Shown here: piece after piece, positions 1-10,253 of the stretch | How the letters are laid out: every line of letters begins with the position of its first letter | Numbering within the stretch: position 1 is the first letter of the stretch | From: an uncultured Kangiellaceae bacterium | GTDB taxonomy: Bacteria; Pseudomonadota; Gammaproteobacteria; Enterobacterales; Kangiellaceae | Assembly: GCA_905479925.1 (NCBI GenBank) | Contig: CAJQOL010000055.1 | Location: 9,257 to 73,256, forward strand | Direction of reading: 5' to 3' | DNA: 64,000 nt | Notes under the pieces: generated by a model | Databases searched by the model: none | What the model was told of the DNA's origin: nothing | What the model saw: only the letters and a program-made list of their open reading frames with translations | Translations under genes and position numbers: made by a program

Positions 1-639
1 TCTACTTCATCAATTTGAATACTTGTCTCGTCATCTGAAGACTCTTCATCGCCTAACTCTTCAAGCACATCAGTGTCTTCTTGGGGATTACCGTTTAGCA
101 TCTCTAAAACGTCATCTAGATTAGCTTTCATAAAGCCGGAATCGTCGATGGAGTCTATAAGAATGGTTGCAATCGTTCTGTCTGTTTCCGATAAGGTTGA
201 CATGTTGACTTGCCAAAGCAATTGGTCCCTCAGACTATCGCTAGTTTCACCTTGGTATTCAAATGTACTGTTTTCATCTGATTTGCCGCTACTTCCTTGG
301 GAAACATAACCCCAATCTTCCCATTGGCTGTCGCTAATCATTTCAGATTCTATTTTGTCGTTACTTATTGCTTCTGAGGAGTCTTTGTCTTCTTTTGAAA
401 CGATTTCCTGAGACTCGCCATTCATATCTCCAGACGAAGCCGTTTCGTTTTCGTTTTTGTTGTTCGATTCAGTGGACTCCACGGGGACCGATACTTCTAA
501 TAAAGGGTTCGATTCCAGAACGTCTTGAATCTCAGCCTCTAGATCGAGGCTTGACAATTGTAACAGCTTGATGGCTTGTTGTAGCTGAGGTGTCATGGTT
601 AATGACTGGCTCATCTTTAGCTGTAGGGATTGTTTCATT
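1..639 (-). CDS. rpoN: RNA polymerase sigma-54 factor RpoN, N-terminal part (gene continues beyond the left edge)
   Basis: Minus-strand ATG at 639-637 opens MKQSLQLKMSQSLTMTPQLQQAIKLLQLSSLDLEAEIQDVLESNPLLE, the canonical sigma-54 region I, followed by an acidic stretch. The frame stays open to position 1. It lies directly downstream of lptB, as in E. coli and Pseudomonas. It is missing from the ORF track because it is truncated. Confidence 0.9.
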
Positions 640-1013
640 TATAATTGTCCATAGCAGAAGCCACTAATTTTTTATCTTTGATTTTGCCACTATTCAATAT
701 TAACTATAGCAGTAAATCGCGTCAAAAGTGGGTTTGAGTCAAAATAAATATTACTTTTTTTATCCAATTTACAAGCTGATTTAACTCGAAATTAACCCAA
801 AATTTACCTACAAGGTTAACATGGTGGCATTAACCCAATAATTCAATCCAAATGACGAAAAAAGGTTCCGAATTTTTATTAGTGGAATGTAAGTGATCGA
901 AGGGACTTTTGGTGCCTATTGGTAGGCTCTTTGGTAACTAATAGTGGTGATGGCTTTTGTTGCAATGTAGTTAGCCCAAAAAGCGTTTTAGCTTACACTT
1001 GTCAAAGGTTATT

Positions 1014-1739
1014 CTATAGGCGGAAGTCATCGCCTAAATAAACTTTTCTAACTTGAGAATTGTTTAGTATTTCTTCAGGTGATCCGGTAGCCAGTATGTG
1101 TCCCGACTCTACGATGTAGGCTCTTTCGCAAACGTCTAATGTTTCTCTAACGTTATGATCGGTGATTAGTACGCCTAAACCGCGTTCTTTTAATTGTGCG
1201 ATTATTTCTTTGATTTCTCCTACCGAAATAGGATCAACGCCTGCGAATGGTTCATCAAGCAGAATAAAGTCGGGCTCGTTGGCGAGAGCTCTTGCTATTT
1301 CAACTCTTCGACGCTCTCCACCTGAAAGACTCATGCCTAGACTTTGGCGTATATGAGTGATTTTAAATTCTTCTAACAATGACATCATCTTATCGTGTTG
1401 TTGGTCGCTGCTTAAATCTTTGTTGAGTTCTAAGATAGCCAGTAAGTTATTTTCAACCGTCATCTTTCTAAACACTGACGCCTCTTGGGGCAGGTAACCA
1501 ATTCCCATATTTGCCCTGTCATGCATAGGGCTATGAGTAATATCTTTTTCACCTAAATGTACCTGACCCTCATCAGCTTGCACTAGTCCAACAACCATAT
1601 AAAAAGAGGTTGTTTTACCAGCACCATTTGGACCAAGTAATCCTACTACTTCGCCAGCTTTGACGTCAAAAGATACATCTGAAACGACGCGACGCCCACC
1701 ATAGATTTTTGCCATGTTACTGGCTGATAATACGGTCAT
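1014..1739 (-). CDS. lptB: LPS export ABC transporter ATP-binding protein LptB
   Basis: 241 aa. Walker [13 protein letters not shown] signature LSGGERRR and Walker B ILLDEP are present. Position between lptA and rpoN. Confidence 0.95.
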   Translation of the reverse strand: MTVLSASNMAKIYGGRRVVSDVSFDVKAGEVVGLLGPNGAGKTTSFYMVVGLVQADEGQVHLGEKDITHSPMHDRANMGIGYLPQEASVFRKMTVENNLLAILELNKDLSSDQQHDKMMSLLEEFKITHIRQSLGMSLSGGERRRVEIARALANEPDFILLDEPFAGVDPISVGEIKEIIAQLKERGLGVLITDHNVRETLDVCERAYIVESGHILATGSPEEILNNSQVRKVYLGDDFRL

Positions 1740-2485
1740 GGGTTATTCTTCTTTTTTTGAATTATTTCGATCTGCTGTTGTTCTGATTTCTCAAAACTGG
1801 ATACTTTTGACTCGCTGTTATAATTAAACACACCCGCCGTTATCTGACCAAGCTCTAGGTTAGCGATAACTTCTTCAGAAAGTTCAAGGTTTGAATTTCC
1901 GGTATCGTAAGAAAGTTTTTTTGACTCGGCTCTTAGATCTGTATTTCCAGCCTTAACCAAGACCATTTTTAATGGGCTGCCTTGCGCATCAATTTTTCGA
2001 CTACTGGTATTTATGTTATCAAGCGCAATTTTGTGCGCAAGAATTTGCACACTATCTTGGGTGTTTTGATCATTAGTACTTGCAAGGTTAAGTGCAGCAT
2101 TTTCAAGAATGATAAACTGTTGAACCGGTACCTTGTACTCAATTAAGTTAGCGGTTATTTTTAAATACTCCTTTTTGCCTAAGTTCTCTTGTTCGAATAT
2201 AGCAGGAGAACCTTTAGCAGCAATAAAATCAAAATTTCCCTGCTCATTTTTTCTGCCGATTAAACAGTCTGCAGAAATTCTTAAACCAGGTTGAGTGAGC
2301 AGAGCGTTCCCGCAATGTTCAAACATGCCCGTTTTTCCGTCGAGCTTTGAACGGTCACTTTTTAAGATGATATTAGCTTGTGATTTTAGTTGAATAGGTG
2401 TTTCACTAGCTCGGATGCTAAGCGAACCGGTACTAGCCACAAGAAGAAAAATAGTCGAAAAGATAAAAGTTAAAGTTTTTTTCAT
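1736..2485 (-). CDS. lptA: LPS transport periplasmic protein LptA (OstA-like), longer than the E. coli protein
   Basis: N-terminal signal peptide ([18 protein letters not shown]). 4-nt overlaps with lptC and lptB. Conserved position in lptC-lptA-lptB. Confidence 0.8.
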   Translation of the reverse strand: MKKTLTFIFSTIFLLVASTGSLSIRASETPIQLKSQANIILKSDRSKLDGKTGMFEHCGNALLTQPGLRISADCLIGRKNEQGNFDFIAAKGSPAIFEQENLGKKEYLKITANLIEYKVPVQQFIILENAALNLASTNDQNTQDSVQILAHKIALDNINTSSRKIDAQGSPLKMVLVKAGNTDLRAESKKLSYDTGNSNLELSEEVIANLELGQITAGVFNYNSESKVSSFEKSEQQQIEIIQKKKNNP

Positions 2486-3057
2486 TGAAAAATTTCTGTC
2501 GTTACATTTGATTCTAAATTTATAATTTGGTCGTCAAAATTAACACTGAGACCTTTGCTTTTTGTTCTGAAGTTGCTATCGCTGATGGTGACGAATTTTT
2601 TAGTTGACGCTGTGTTTTCTTTCAAGTTGATTAACAAAGAATCCGTTGCTATGGTGGTTCCACGCTGAAGGCTAGGAGTTTCATTTGTTTGATTAAAATT
2701 CACCATTTTAACTGACTGTTCTAATTCTATAACTTGATTTTTCTCGCTCAACATTCCTGATTTGGAGCTAAGTTCCCATTCGCTATCGCTTGATTGGTTA
2801 AAAACAATTAGAGGATTTGTGAGTACTGAAACGTCATTTTTGATCAAATGTTCTAGCTTGTCTGACATTAACTGGTTAGTCAACTTGCCATCGGCATCAA
2901 ATTGTTTCATCTCTACCGCAACCATAAAATAATCGGCCTCAACTTCATTGAGTTGCTCAATCTGTGTTCCTTGTTTGTCGGATGGCAAAAATACTAGAGC
3001 TAGCATGATTAGAACCAAGCTGCTGATAAGCCAACGATTTAGCTTAATCCTATTCAT
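2482..3057 (-). CDS. lptC: LPS export system protein LptC
   Basis: 191 aa with a single N-terminal membrane anchor (WLISSLVLIMLALVFL). Translationally coupled between kdsC and lptA. Confidence 0.75.
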   Translation of the reverse strand: MNRIKLNRWLISSLVLIMLALVFLPSDKQGTQIEQLNEVEADYFMVAVEMKQFDADGKLTNQLMSDKLEHLIKNDVSVLTNPLIVFNQSSDSEWELSSKSGMLSEKNQVIELEQSVKMVNFNQTNETPSLQRGTTIATDSLLINLKENTASTKKFVTISDSNFRTKSKGLSVNFDDQIINLESNVTTEIFQ

Positions 3058-3593
3058 TGATATAGGTACTTATTTAAGGAGGGCTGTAATTTATTTTGTG
3101 AAAAAAGTAGCATATCGGCAAGCTCCCTCACAGCACCTTGTCCTCCGGCTTTAGATGTCACCCAGTCAGCATTTTTTTGAACAAAGAAGTGCCCGTCAGA
3201 GACACTTATTCCTAATCCCGACTGTTGCATAAGCGGCAGATCGGGCAAGTCATCTCCAATATGAGCAACTTGCGATTTTTCGATATTTAATTTGCCAAGG
3301 ATTTCATCATAGGCAGCTTGTTTATTGCTTCGACCCTGAAATACAAATTGTATCCCTAGCTCCTTTGCTCTGCGTTCCACCAGGTTAGACTGGCGACCGG
3401 TGATTATTGCCACTTGAATATTCTGATTAATTAGCTGTTTGATGCCGAGTCCATCTTTAATATTGAATGACTTTATTTCATCACCATTGTTGGAGTAGTA
3501 AACTTTTCCGTCGCTTAGAACACCATCAACGTCACATATGAGAAGTTTTATCTTTGCCGCTTTTTCGAGCACATCAGCGCTGATATTTTCCAT
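3054..3593 (-). CDS. kdsC: 3-deoxy-D-manno-octulosonate 8-phosphate phosphatase KdsC
   Basis: 179 aa HAD phosphatase with the DVDGVLSDG motif. Synteny kdsD-kdsC-lptC. Confidence 0.9.
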   Translation of the reverse strand: MENISADVLEKAAKIKLLICDVDGVLSDGKVYYSNNGDEIKSFNIKDGLGIKQLINQNIQVAIITGRQSNLVERRAKELGIQFVFQGRSNKQAAYDEILGKLNIEKSQVAHIGDDLPDLPLMQQSGLGISVSDGHFFVQKNADWVTSKAGGQGAVRELADMLLFSQNKLQPSLNKYLYQ

Positions 3594-4576
3594 CAGACAA
3601 CACCAGCTTTTAAAAGGTCATACATGTTTAATGCGCCTTGAGGCTTGCTTTCTGAGTCCACAGCAACTAGCGCATTAATGGCATTTTTCTCCATTAATTG
3701 AAGAGCTTCAGCCGCCAATTTATTGGCATCTATCGTCTTGCTATTCACCGTCATGACTTGTTCAATCGGAGTCGCGTTAAGGTCAATGTTTTGAGCTAGT
3801 GTTCGTCGCAGGTCGCCATCGGTAAATATCCCACATAAACGACCACCTTCTTCAACTACACACGTCATGCCTAATCGTTTATTAGTCATCTCTAATAAGG
3901 CGTCGCTGATTGATGTTGAGCGACTCACTAAAGGAATTTCGTCACTCTTATGCATAATATCATCTACTTTAAGAAGCAATCGTCTACCTAAACTTCCGCC
4001 TGGATGAGATAGTGCAAAGTCATTTTCTGTAAAACCTCTAGCTTCTAAAAGTGCCACTGCTAACGCGTCTCCCATAACCAGAGCAACTGTAGTCGAAGCT
4101 GTTGGTGCGAGATTCATTGGACAAGCTTCTTTCTCCACGCTGGTATCTAAATTGACGTCTGCAAAGCTTGCTAACGAAGATTTTGGGTTACCGGTTAAAC
4201 TAATAAGGGGAACATTAAGCCGTTTAATTACCGGCAATAGGCTGGTTATTTCGCTTGTCTCGCCGGAGTTTGAAAGCGCCACAACAACATCTTTATTGGT
4301 AATCATCCCTAGATCGCCGTGACTAGCTTCACCAGGGTGAACAAAAAAGGCCGGTGTACCAGTACTAGCGAGCGTTGCTGCAATTTTGTTGCCTATGTGT
4401 CCAGATTTGCCCATTCCAATGACCACTACACGCCCTTGGCATTCCAGCATCAGTTCACAAGCATGGTGAAAACCTTGGTCGATTTTGTTTACTAATGAAA
4501 CAATAGCGGCTTGTTCTATTTTTACGACAGCTTGGCCAAGCTCAATAAACTTATGGGTTTCTTTGGGTTTATTCAT
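3593..4576 (-). CDS. kdsD: Arabinose-5-phosphate isomerase KdsD (SIS plus tandem CBS domains)
   Basis: 327 aa. SIS motif VIGMGKSGHIG and a C-terminal CBS pair. Synteny. Confidence 0.95.
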   Translation of the reverse strand: MNKPKETHKFIELGQAVVKIEQAAIVSLVNKIDQGFHHACELMLECQGRVVVIGMGKSGHIGNKIAATLASTGTPAFFVHPGEASHGDLGMITNKDVVVALSNSGETSEITSLLPVIKRLNVPLISLTGNPKSSLASFADVNLDTSVEKEACPMNLAPTASTTVALVMGDALAVALLEARGFTENDFALSHPGGSLGRRLLLKVDDIMHKSDEIPLVSRSTSISDALLEMTNKRLGMTCVVEEGGRLCGIFTDGDLRRTLAQNIDLNATPIEQVMTVNSKTIDANKLAAEALQLMEKNAINALVAVDSESKPQGALNMYDLLKAGVV

Positions 4577-4826
4577 TGGTATTCAGTACTTTTCCAAATG
4601 ACTAAAGGTTGTTGTAACGAAATATCGGATTGCTAAACATCTAGGAAATAAGCGAATACAGGCGCCCGTTACCATGACACTAGCATATCGGCTAAGTTTA
4701 TCAGAAGTTTGCAAGAAAATAACGACCAATATAGCTAGGGGCGGGTATATTCGGAAACTTTCGATCAGCCGTCCATAGCTGTAAATCGTTAATACAGGTG
4801 CATTGAAAAGAGCTTAATATGGAGGG

Positions 4827-5798
4827 TTAACTATTCGAAAGTAACTGGTAACCCTGATATGCAACGAAACAGATAAGCAAAATGCCACCTTCAATTCTAG
4901 AAATCTGACCCGGAGAGTCTTTTCTGCCCCAAGCCATTATTGACATGGCAATTGTCAGTCCGAACATTAGCGCGTAATCAAAATGCAGTATGCTAGGGTC
5001 GATCATAGCTCCGTTTATTAAGCCTGGTATGCCGAGGACCGCCAGTAGGTTGAAGATATTAGAACCAATGACATTACCGATAGCAAGTTCGTGCTCACCT
5101 TTAAGTACACCGGTAACTGAAGCCGCTAGTTCCGGCAGGCTTGTTCCAACCGCTACTATAGTGATACCAATAATAAAATCATCAACATGGTATACGTGCG
5201 CTATATTCGTAGCACCTATAACTAGGAGGTTAGAGCTGATTTGAAGTAATAAAAGTCCAACTATGACCCAAAATACCGCTTTTCCGTTAGGCATTTGATC
5301 AGGAAGTTCATCAACAATTTCTTTTAGCATTAAATCTTTTTTATCACGGTTTTTCTTTGCGGTTCGGGTTAGCCATATTAAATAACCAAACAAACAGGAT
5401 ATTAAAATGATGCCGTCAACCAGAGATAACACAAAATCCATTAGCAGCACGAAAACTAGCACCATGAAAACGAAAAGAATAGGAATTTCTCTTTTGAGGG
5501 TTGCTGACTGAACGGTTAGTGGACTAACTAATGCTGCAACACCTAATACCATGGCGATATTAGCAATGTTGGAGCCGATTGCATTACCGATAGCGAGCCC
5601 TGGAGTTTCATTTAGCGCAGAGTTGATCGATACAATTACTTCGGGCGCGGATGAGCCCATGGCGACAATCGTTAGCCCAACAATAAGGGGAGATATACCT
5701 AGGTTTCGAGCAATAGCCGCCGCACCATCAGTGAAACGATCTGCACTCCACACCAGTAATGATATACCGCAAATTACCATCGCAAAGTATAGAAGCAT
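4827..5798 (-). CDS. yrbG: CaCA-family Na+/Ca2+ antiporter YrbG
   Basis: 323 aa polytopic protein with two alpha-repeats, GNAIGSNIANI and GNVIGSNIFNL. Sits upstream of kdsD as in E. coli. Confidence 0.8.
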   Translation of the reverse strand: MLLYFAMVICGISLLVWSADRFTDGAAAIARNLGISPLIVGLTIVAMGSSAPEVIVSINSALNETPGLAIGNAIGSNIANIAMVLGVAALVSPLTVQSATLKREIPILFVFMVLVFVLLMDFVLSLVDGIILISCLFGYLIWLTRTAKKNRDKKDLMLKEIVDELPDQMPNGKAVFWVIVGLLLLQISSNLLVIGATNIAHVYHVDDFIIGITIVAVGTSLPELAASVTGVLKGEHELAIGNVIGSNIFNLLAVLGIPGLINGAMIDPSILHFDYALMFGLTIAMSIMAWGRKDSPGQISRIEGGILLICFVAYQGYQLLSNS

Positions 5799-6117
5799 AT
5801 AAGTTATTGATTCTCCAAGATTTCTCTATTGTTTCATGAAAGGCAATCTGTATATATGACGATAGAAATAAACCTAGGTCAGATAATTATAATGGTTGCT
5901 ATCTCAAACACTATCAAGAAGTAATTTGTTTCAAACCATGAATTGAAGGTGTTTATTCAATTCATCTGGAATCTAAAAGGGGGCATTATACGGAAGAGTT
6001 GTAAAGAAAGTAACCAGTTCATTCATTCAATTTGAATTGTCTCTATTCTTAGTTGTAAAGGTTTGGGTTACAATGTGCGGCTAAATACCAATCTATCCAG
6101 CAATTAGAGAGCGAAAA

Positions 6118-6348
6118 ATGACTGAAAACGAAGTCCAACAAATGATTGAGCAAGGATTAGCATGCGAATCTGTTCAAGTTGGAGGTGATGGCTATCACTT
6201 CGAAGCTATAGTGGTTTCTAGTGCTTTTGAAGGAAAGCGACCAGTCGCACGCCAACAAATGGTATATGCAACGGTTCAAGAACATATTTCCAGCGGCGAA
6301 TTGCACGCGTTGTCGTTGAAAACTTTGACGCCTAAAGAAGCTAGCTAG
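6118..6348 (+). CDS. ibaG: BolA-family protein IbaG (YrbA)
   Basis: 76 aa BolA-like sequence immediately upstream of murA, which is the conserved pairing. Confidence 0.75.
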   Translation: MTENEVQQMIEQGLACESVQVGGDGYHFEAIVVSSAFEGKRPVARQQMVYATVQEHISSGELHALSLKTLTPKEAS

Positions 6349-6371
6349 CTTTAACCATCAATCTATCTTGA

Positions 6372-7637
<1,266 letters not shown>

Positions 7638-7668
7638 TAACTCACCATTTTAGCGATATTGAATGATT

Positions 7669-7700
7669 AAAAAGCCAAGCGTTTGCTTGGCTTTTTATTT
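7669..7700 (+). terminator. Rho-independent terminator after murA. It may also serve convergent degS.
   Basis: AAAAAGCCAAGC-gttt-GCTTGGCTTTTT is a perfect stem, followed by TATTTTT. An A-run upstream gives a T-run on the opposite strand. Confidence 0.8.
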
Positions 7701-7739
7701 TTCGGGTTATTTATTTTTAGGCAATTAGACATAGAAAAT

Positions 7740-8870
7740 CTAAAGGCTTGGTTTCTCTCTTAACTGAAGTTTCATTTTCATTAATTGTTTATTTCTTAAA
7801 AGCTCAATTTCGATTTCTTTGCCAATAGGTAGGGCAATAAAAAGCTTTCTCATTTGAATCATACTTTCAACCACATGTCCGTCAAACTTCAGCAAGAAGT
7901 CTTCCTGCAATACCCCAGCTTCAGCGCTTGGGCTACCTTCTTCAATTGAAGTTACGAGCAAGCCTTTGCCAAACTCTGCACCTGGGTCAAAATGACTATG
8001 CCCGGCGCGGTTTAGTTGGTTCAAACTTAAGCCAAGCCAGTTTCTGACAACGCGGCCATGTTTAATAATATCGTCAAAGGTTTCTTTAACGACTTCAATG
8101 GGAGCTGCGAAACTTATGCCAATCTCGTCGTTTGCCTCAACACTAAATTTGGAACTGTTTATACCTATTACTTGGCCTCTGGCGTTTATCAGCGCACCTC
8201 CGGAATTACCATAGTTAATTGAAGCGTCGGTTTGAATTCTTGGGTATAAAGGTCCGTGATTTACGGCACTTACAATTCCTAAGGTTACTGAATTTTCAAA
8301 TAGCCCAAAGGGAGTTCCTATTGCGAGAGCAACATCGCCAGTTTTTACTTCGGAAGAGTTACCGAGTTCCGCTGCTCTAGGTGTTTTGATGTCTACTTTA
8401 AGCACAGCAATATCGTTGGGCTGATCGAAACCAACCAAAGTTGCTAACTCTTTTCGGCCATCGGAGAAATGAACAGCAACTCTAAAACTACCAGCAACCA
8501 CATGGTAGTTAGTTACAATATAGCCATCAGTATTAAAAATAACGCCGGAACCGACTCCTATTGAAATGTCTACCAGCATATCACCTTTTCGACCATCGGA
8601 CGCTTTTCGGGCACGCCCCTGTCTAAATGCTTTTACACTGACCACTGATGGGCCTGCTTTACTTACCGCTGCTGAATACGAAAATTCACCGGCTATATCA
8701 CTAGGGTTCTTAGGTTGTTTCTGTTCTAGGTAGAAGCTCCATGCTTGTTGGGCTTCATGCCAGTTAAACCCGATAGGGCTATTGGGAATAAAAAATAAAA
8801 TTAAAAAGCCAGCCATTAGACCAAGCATGGTGGACTTAAAGACAAACAAGAATTTACCGAAAAGCTTCAT
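7740..8870 (-). CDS. degS: DegS/AlgW-type periplasmic serine endoprotease (S1C, single PDZ)
   Basis: 376 aa with an N-terminal membrane anchor. Protease motifs TNYHVV, DIAVLK and GNSGGAL. One C-terminal PDZ domain. Confidence 0.8.
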   Translation of the reverse strand: MKLFGKFLFVFKSTMLGLMAGFLILFFIPNSPIGFNWHEAQQAWSFYLEQKQPKNPSDIAGEFSYSAAVSKAGPSVVSVKAFRQGRARKASDGRKGDMLVDISIGVGSGVIFNTDGYIVTNYHVVAGSFRVAVHFSDGRKELATLVGFDQPNDIAVLKVDIKTPRAAELGNSSEVKTGDVALAIGTPFGLFENSVTLGIVSAVNHGPLYPRIQTDASINYGNSGGALINARGQVIGINSSKFSVEANDEIGISFAAPIEVVKETFDDIIKHGRVVRNWLGLSLNQLNRAGHSHFDPGAEFGKGLLVTSIEEGSPSAEAGVLQEDFLLKFDGHVVESMIQMRKLFIALPIGKEIEIELLRNKQLMKMKLQLREKPSL

Positions 8871-8962
8871 AGAGTTATTTTTTGCAAACGAGTAAGTTGA
8901 AATTACTCTTATATTAAAACAACTCTATTACAGGAACAATCAATTACCGAGAAATAGAGAGT

Positions 8963-9520
8963 CTAAGAGTTCTTGACACCGTCAATGTCTAAGCTATTGT
9001 GATTGATAACACCCTTTTCTTTGATAGCGTAATCAAGAGCATGTTCATTGCTATCATCTTTAGCGCTAGCAATTTCAACGACATTGGTGTCTTGTTCTTC
9101 GCTCTCAGGCTCTTCGTCCTGTTTTTGATTTCTATAATCGTGGGCGTTATATAAATGGTTTGCGTCAAAACGGTCATCACTATCCATTTGATTCTTGAAT
9201 ACCGGGTTTTCTTCTGTTTCTGGTGGAGTTTCGACAGACTTAGGAAGAACCTGGAAGGTCTCGCTAGCACAAAGTTGTGTTGAGCTTTTTGCCATGTGGT
9301 CGTACAAAGACTGATAGCTATCCGACACATGGTTAAATAACTCAGCGGTTTTCTCGAAGTGAGTATTAACTTTAGAGTGGAATGCTTCTAATTCCTTCTC
9401 TTTTTCTGATAGCGCTTGTTCAAGTCGGTTTTTCTCAACTTCATTCGAAGAATTTTGTTTTCCAAACCAAAAACCAGCAGCTGCTGCGATGATGATGCCT
9501 ATGGCCGATAAAATTTCCAT
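8963..9520 (-). CDS. zapG: Z-ring associated protein ZapG (YhcB, DUF1043) with an acidic C-terminal extension
   Basis: N-terminal TM helix, then HFEKTAELFNHVSDSYQSLYDHMAKSSTQL. This closely parallels E. coli YhcB HFARSAELLDTMAHDYRQLYQHMAKSSSSL. Confidence 0.8.
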   Translation of the reverse strand: MEILSAIGIIIAAAAGFWFGKQNSSNEVEKNRLEQALSEKEKELEAFHSKVNTHFEKTAELFNHVSDSYQSLYDHMAKSSTQLCASETFQVLPKSVETPPETEENPVFKNQMDSDDRFDANHLYNAHDYRNQKQDEEPESEEQDTNVVEIASAKDDSNEHALDYAIKEKGVINHNSLDIDGVKNS

Positions 9521-9646
9521 GAATAACCTTATAATTACGGGATTTTGATGAAATAGTGTACGTTATAACTATAGCTATTCTATCGGAGTTAGTCGATGGA
9601 AAATTGATTAATATGACAAAAGAATATCATCCCAAAAACAAAACAC

Positions 9647-9699
9647 TTGCATTTTATGATTACAAGAGTAATATTTGGTTATCGATTACTTTTGTAATC
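9647..9699 (+). promoter_or_regulatory. Putative sigma70 promoter of the blaI-like operon, overlapped by two operator palindromes
   Basis: TTGCAT (9647-9652), 16-nt spacer, TAATAT (9669-9674). Palindromes are ATTAC-AAGA-GTAAT (9659-9672) and GATTAC-TTTT-GTAATC (9684-9699), with centres 26 bp apart. Confidence 0.5.
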
Positions 9700-9819
9700 C
9701 AATGTGAAGGGAGTCCAAGAAAGCATTAAATGAGCCCAAATTAGATGCCCTACCTGATTGAGGGGCGCTATTCACCCTCAATTAGAGGCTAAGCACACTG
9801 GTTGGCATAGGAGACAGAT

Positions 9820-10194
9820 TTGCGGATTAGTAATTCAGAAAAATTACTGATGGACGTTCTTTGGAATCAAGCTTCTCAAGAATCGGATCTTTCGGCAAAG
9901 GCGATTATTGTCCATCTAGATAACGAACTTGATTGGCATGACAGAACCGTAAAGACTTTGCTAAATAGATTACTAAAGAAAGAAGCCGTTGGATTAACTA
10001 AGCAGGGACGGGGGTACTTTTATTACCCCACTTTGTTAGAAAGTGACTATGTAGAGGCGGCTACTGATAATTTCATATATCGTGTTTTTAATGGCAGCAT
10101 TTCTTCGCTCTTAGTTGCTTTTAGCAAACCCGAAAAATTGTCCGAGCAGGATTTGATTGATTTAAAGAATTTAATGAACAAGATTAAAAAATAA
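9820..10194 (+). CDS. BlaI/MecI/CopY-family winged-helix transcriptional repressor
   Basis: 124 aa with a TTG start and AGGAGA RBS at 9809-9814. It shows the Penicillinase_R-type pattern: SNSEKLLMDVLW, WHDRTVKTLLNRLLKKEAV and GRGYFYYP. Confidence 0.75.
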   Translation: MRISNSEKLLMDVLWNQASQESDLSAKAIIVHLDNELDWHDRTVKTLLNRLLKKEAVGLTKQGRGYFYYPTLLESDYVEAATDNFIYRVFNGSISSLLVAFSKPEKLSEQDLIDLKNLMNKIKK

Positions 10195-10253
10195 TACTGG
10201 AAGCCGGTCATCTAGTTTACGGATAAATGGGAACGAGTTAAGGAGTTAATAGA

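Noticed and set aside
73-571. Plus-strand ORFs 73-309 and 368-571 from the track.
   Set aside because: They lie antisense within the clearly recognisable rpoN coding sequence and have low-complexity, Ser/Leu-rich translations. They are shadow ORFs.
640-1013. 374-bp lptB-rpoN spacer with a duplicated ATTAACCCAA decamer (793-802 and 830-839), considered as a possible small RNA or regulatory array.
   Set aside because: Only two short copies, no convincing hairpin or terminator, and no conserved motif I recognise. Most simply it is the rpoN promoter region.
5848-5863. LexA-box-like CTGTATATAT half-site in the yrbG/ibaG spacer.
   Set aside because: The second half-site is CGAT rather than ACAG, so it does not satisfy CTGT-N8-ACAG.
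8989-9330. 113-aa ORF in another frame of the same strand, inside zapG.
   Set aside because: It is fully nested in the zapG gene, whose YhcB homology is clear. The translation is Lys/Ile-rich, compositional noise.
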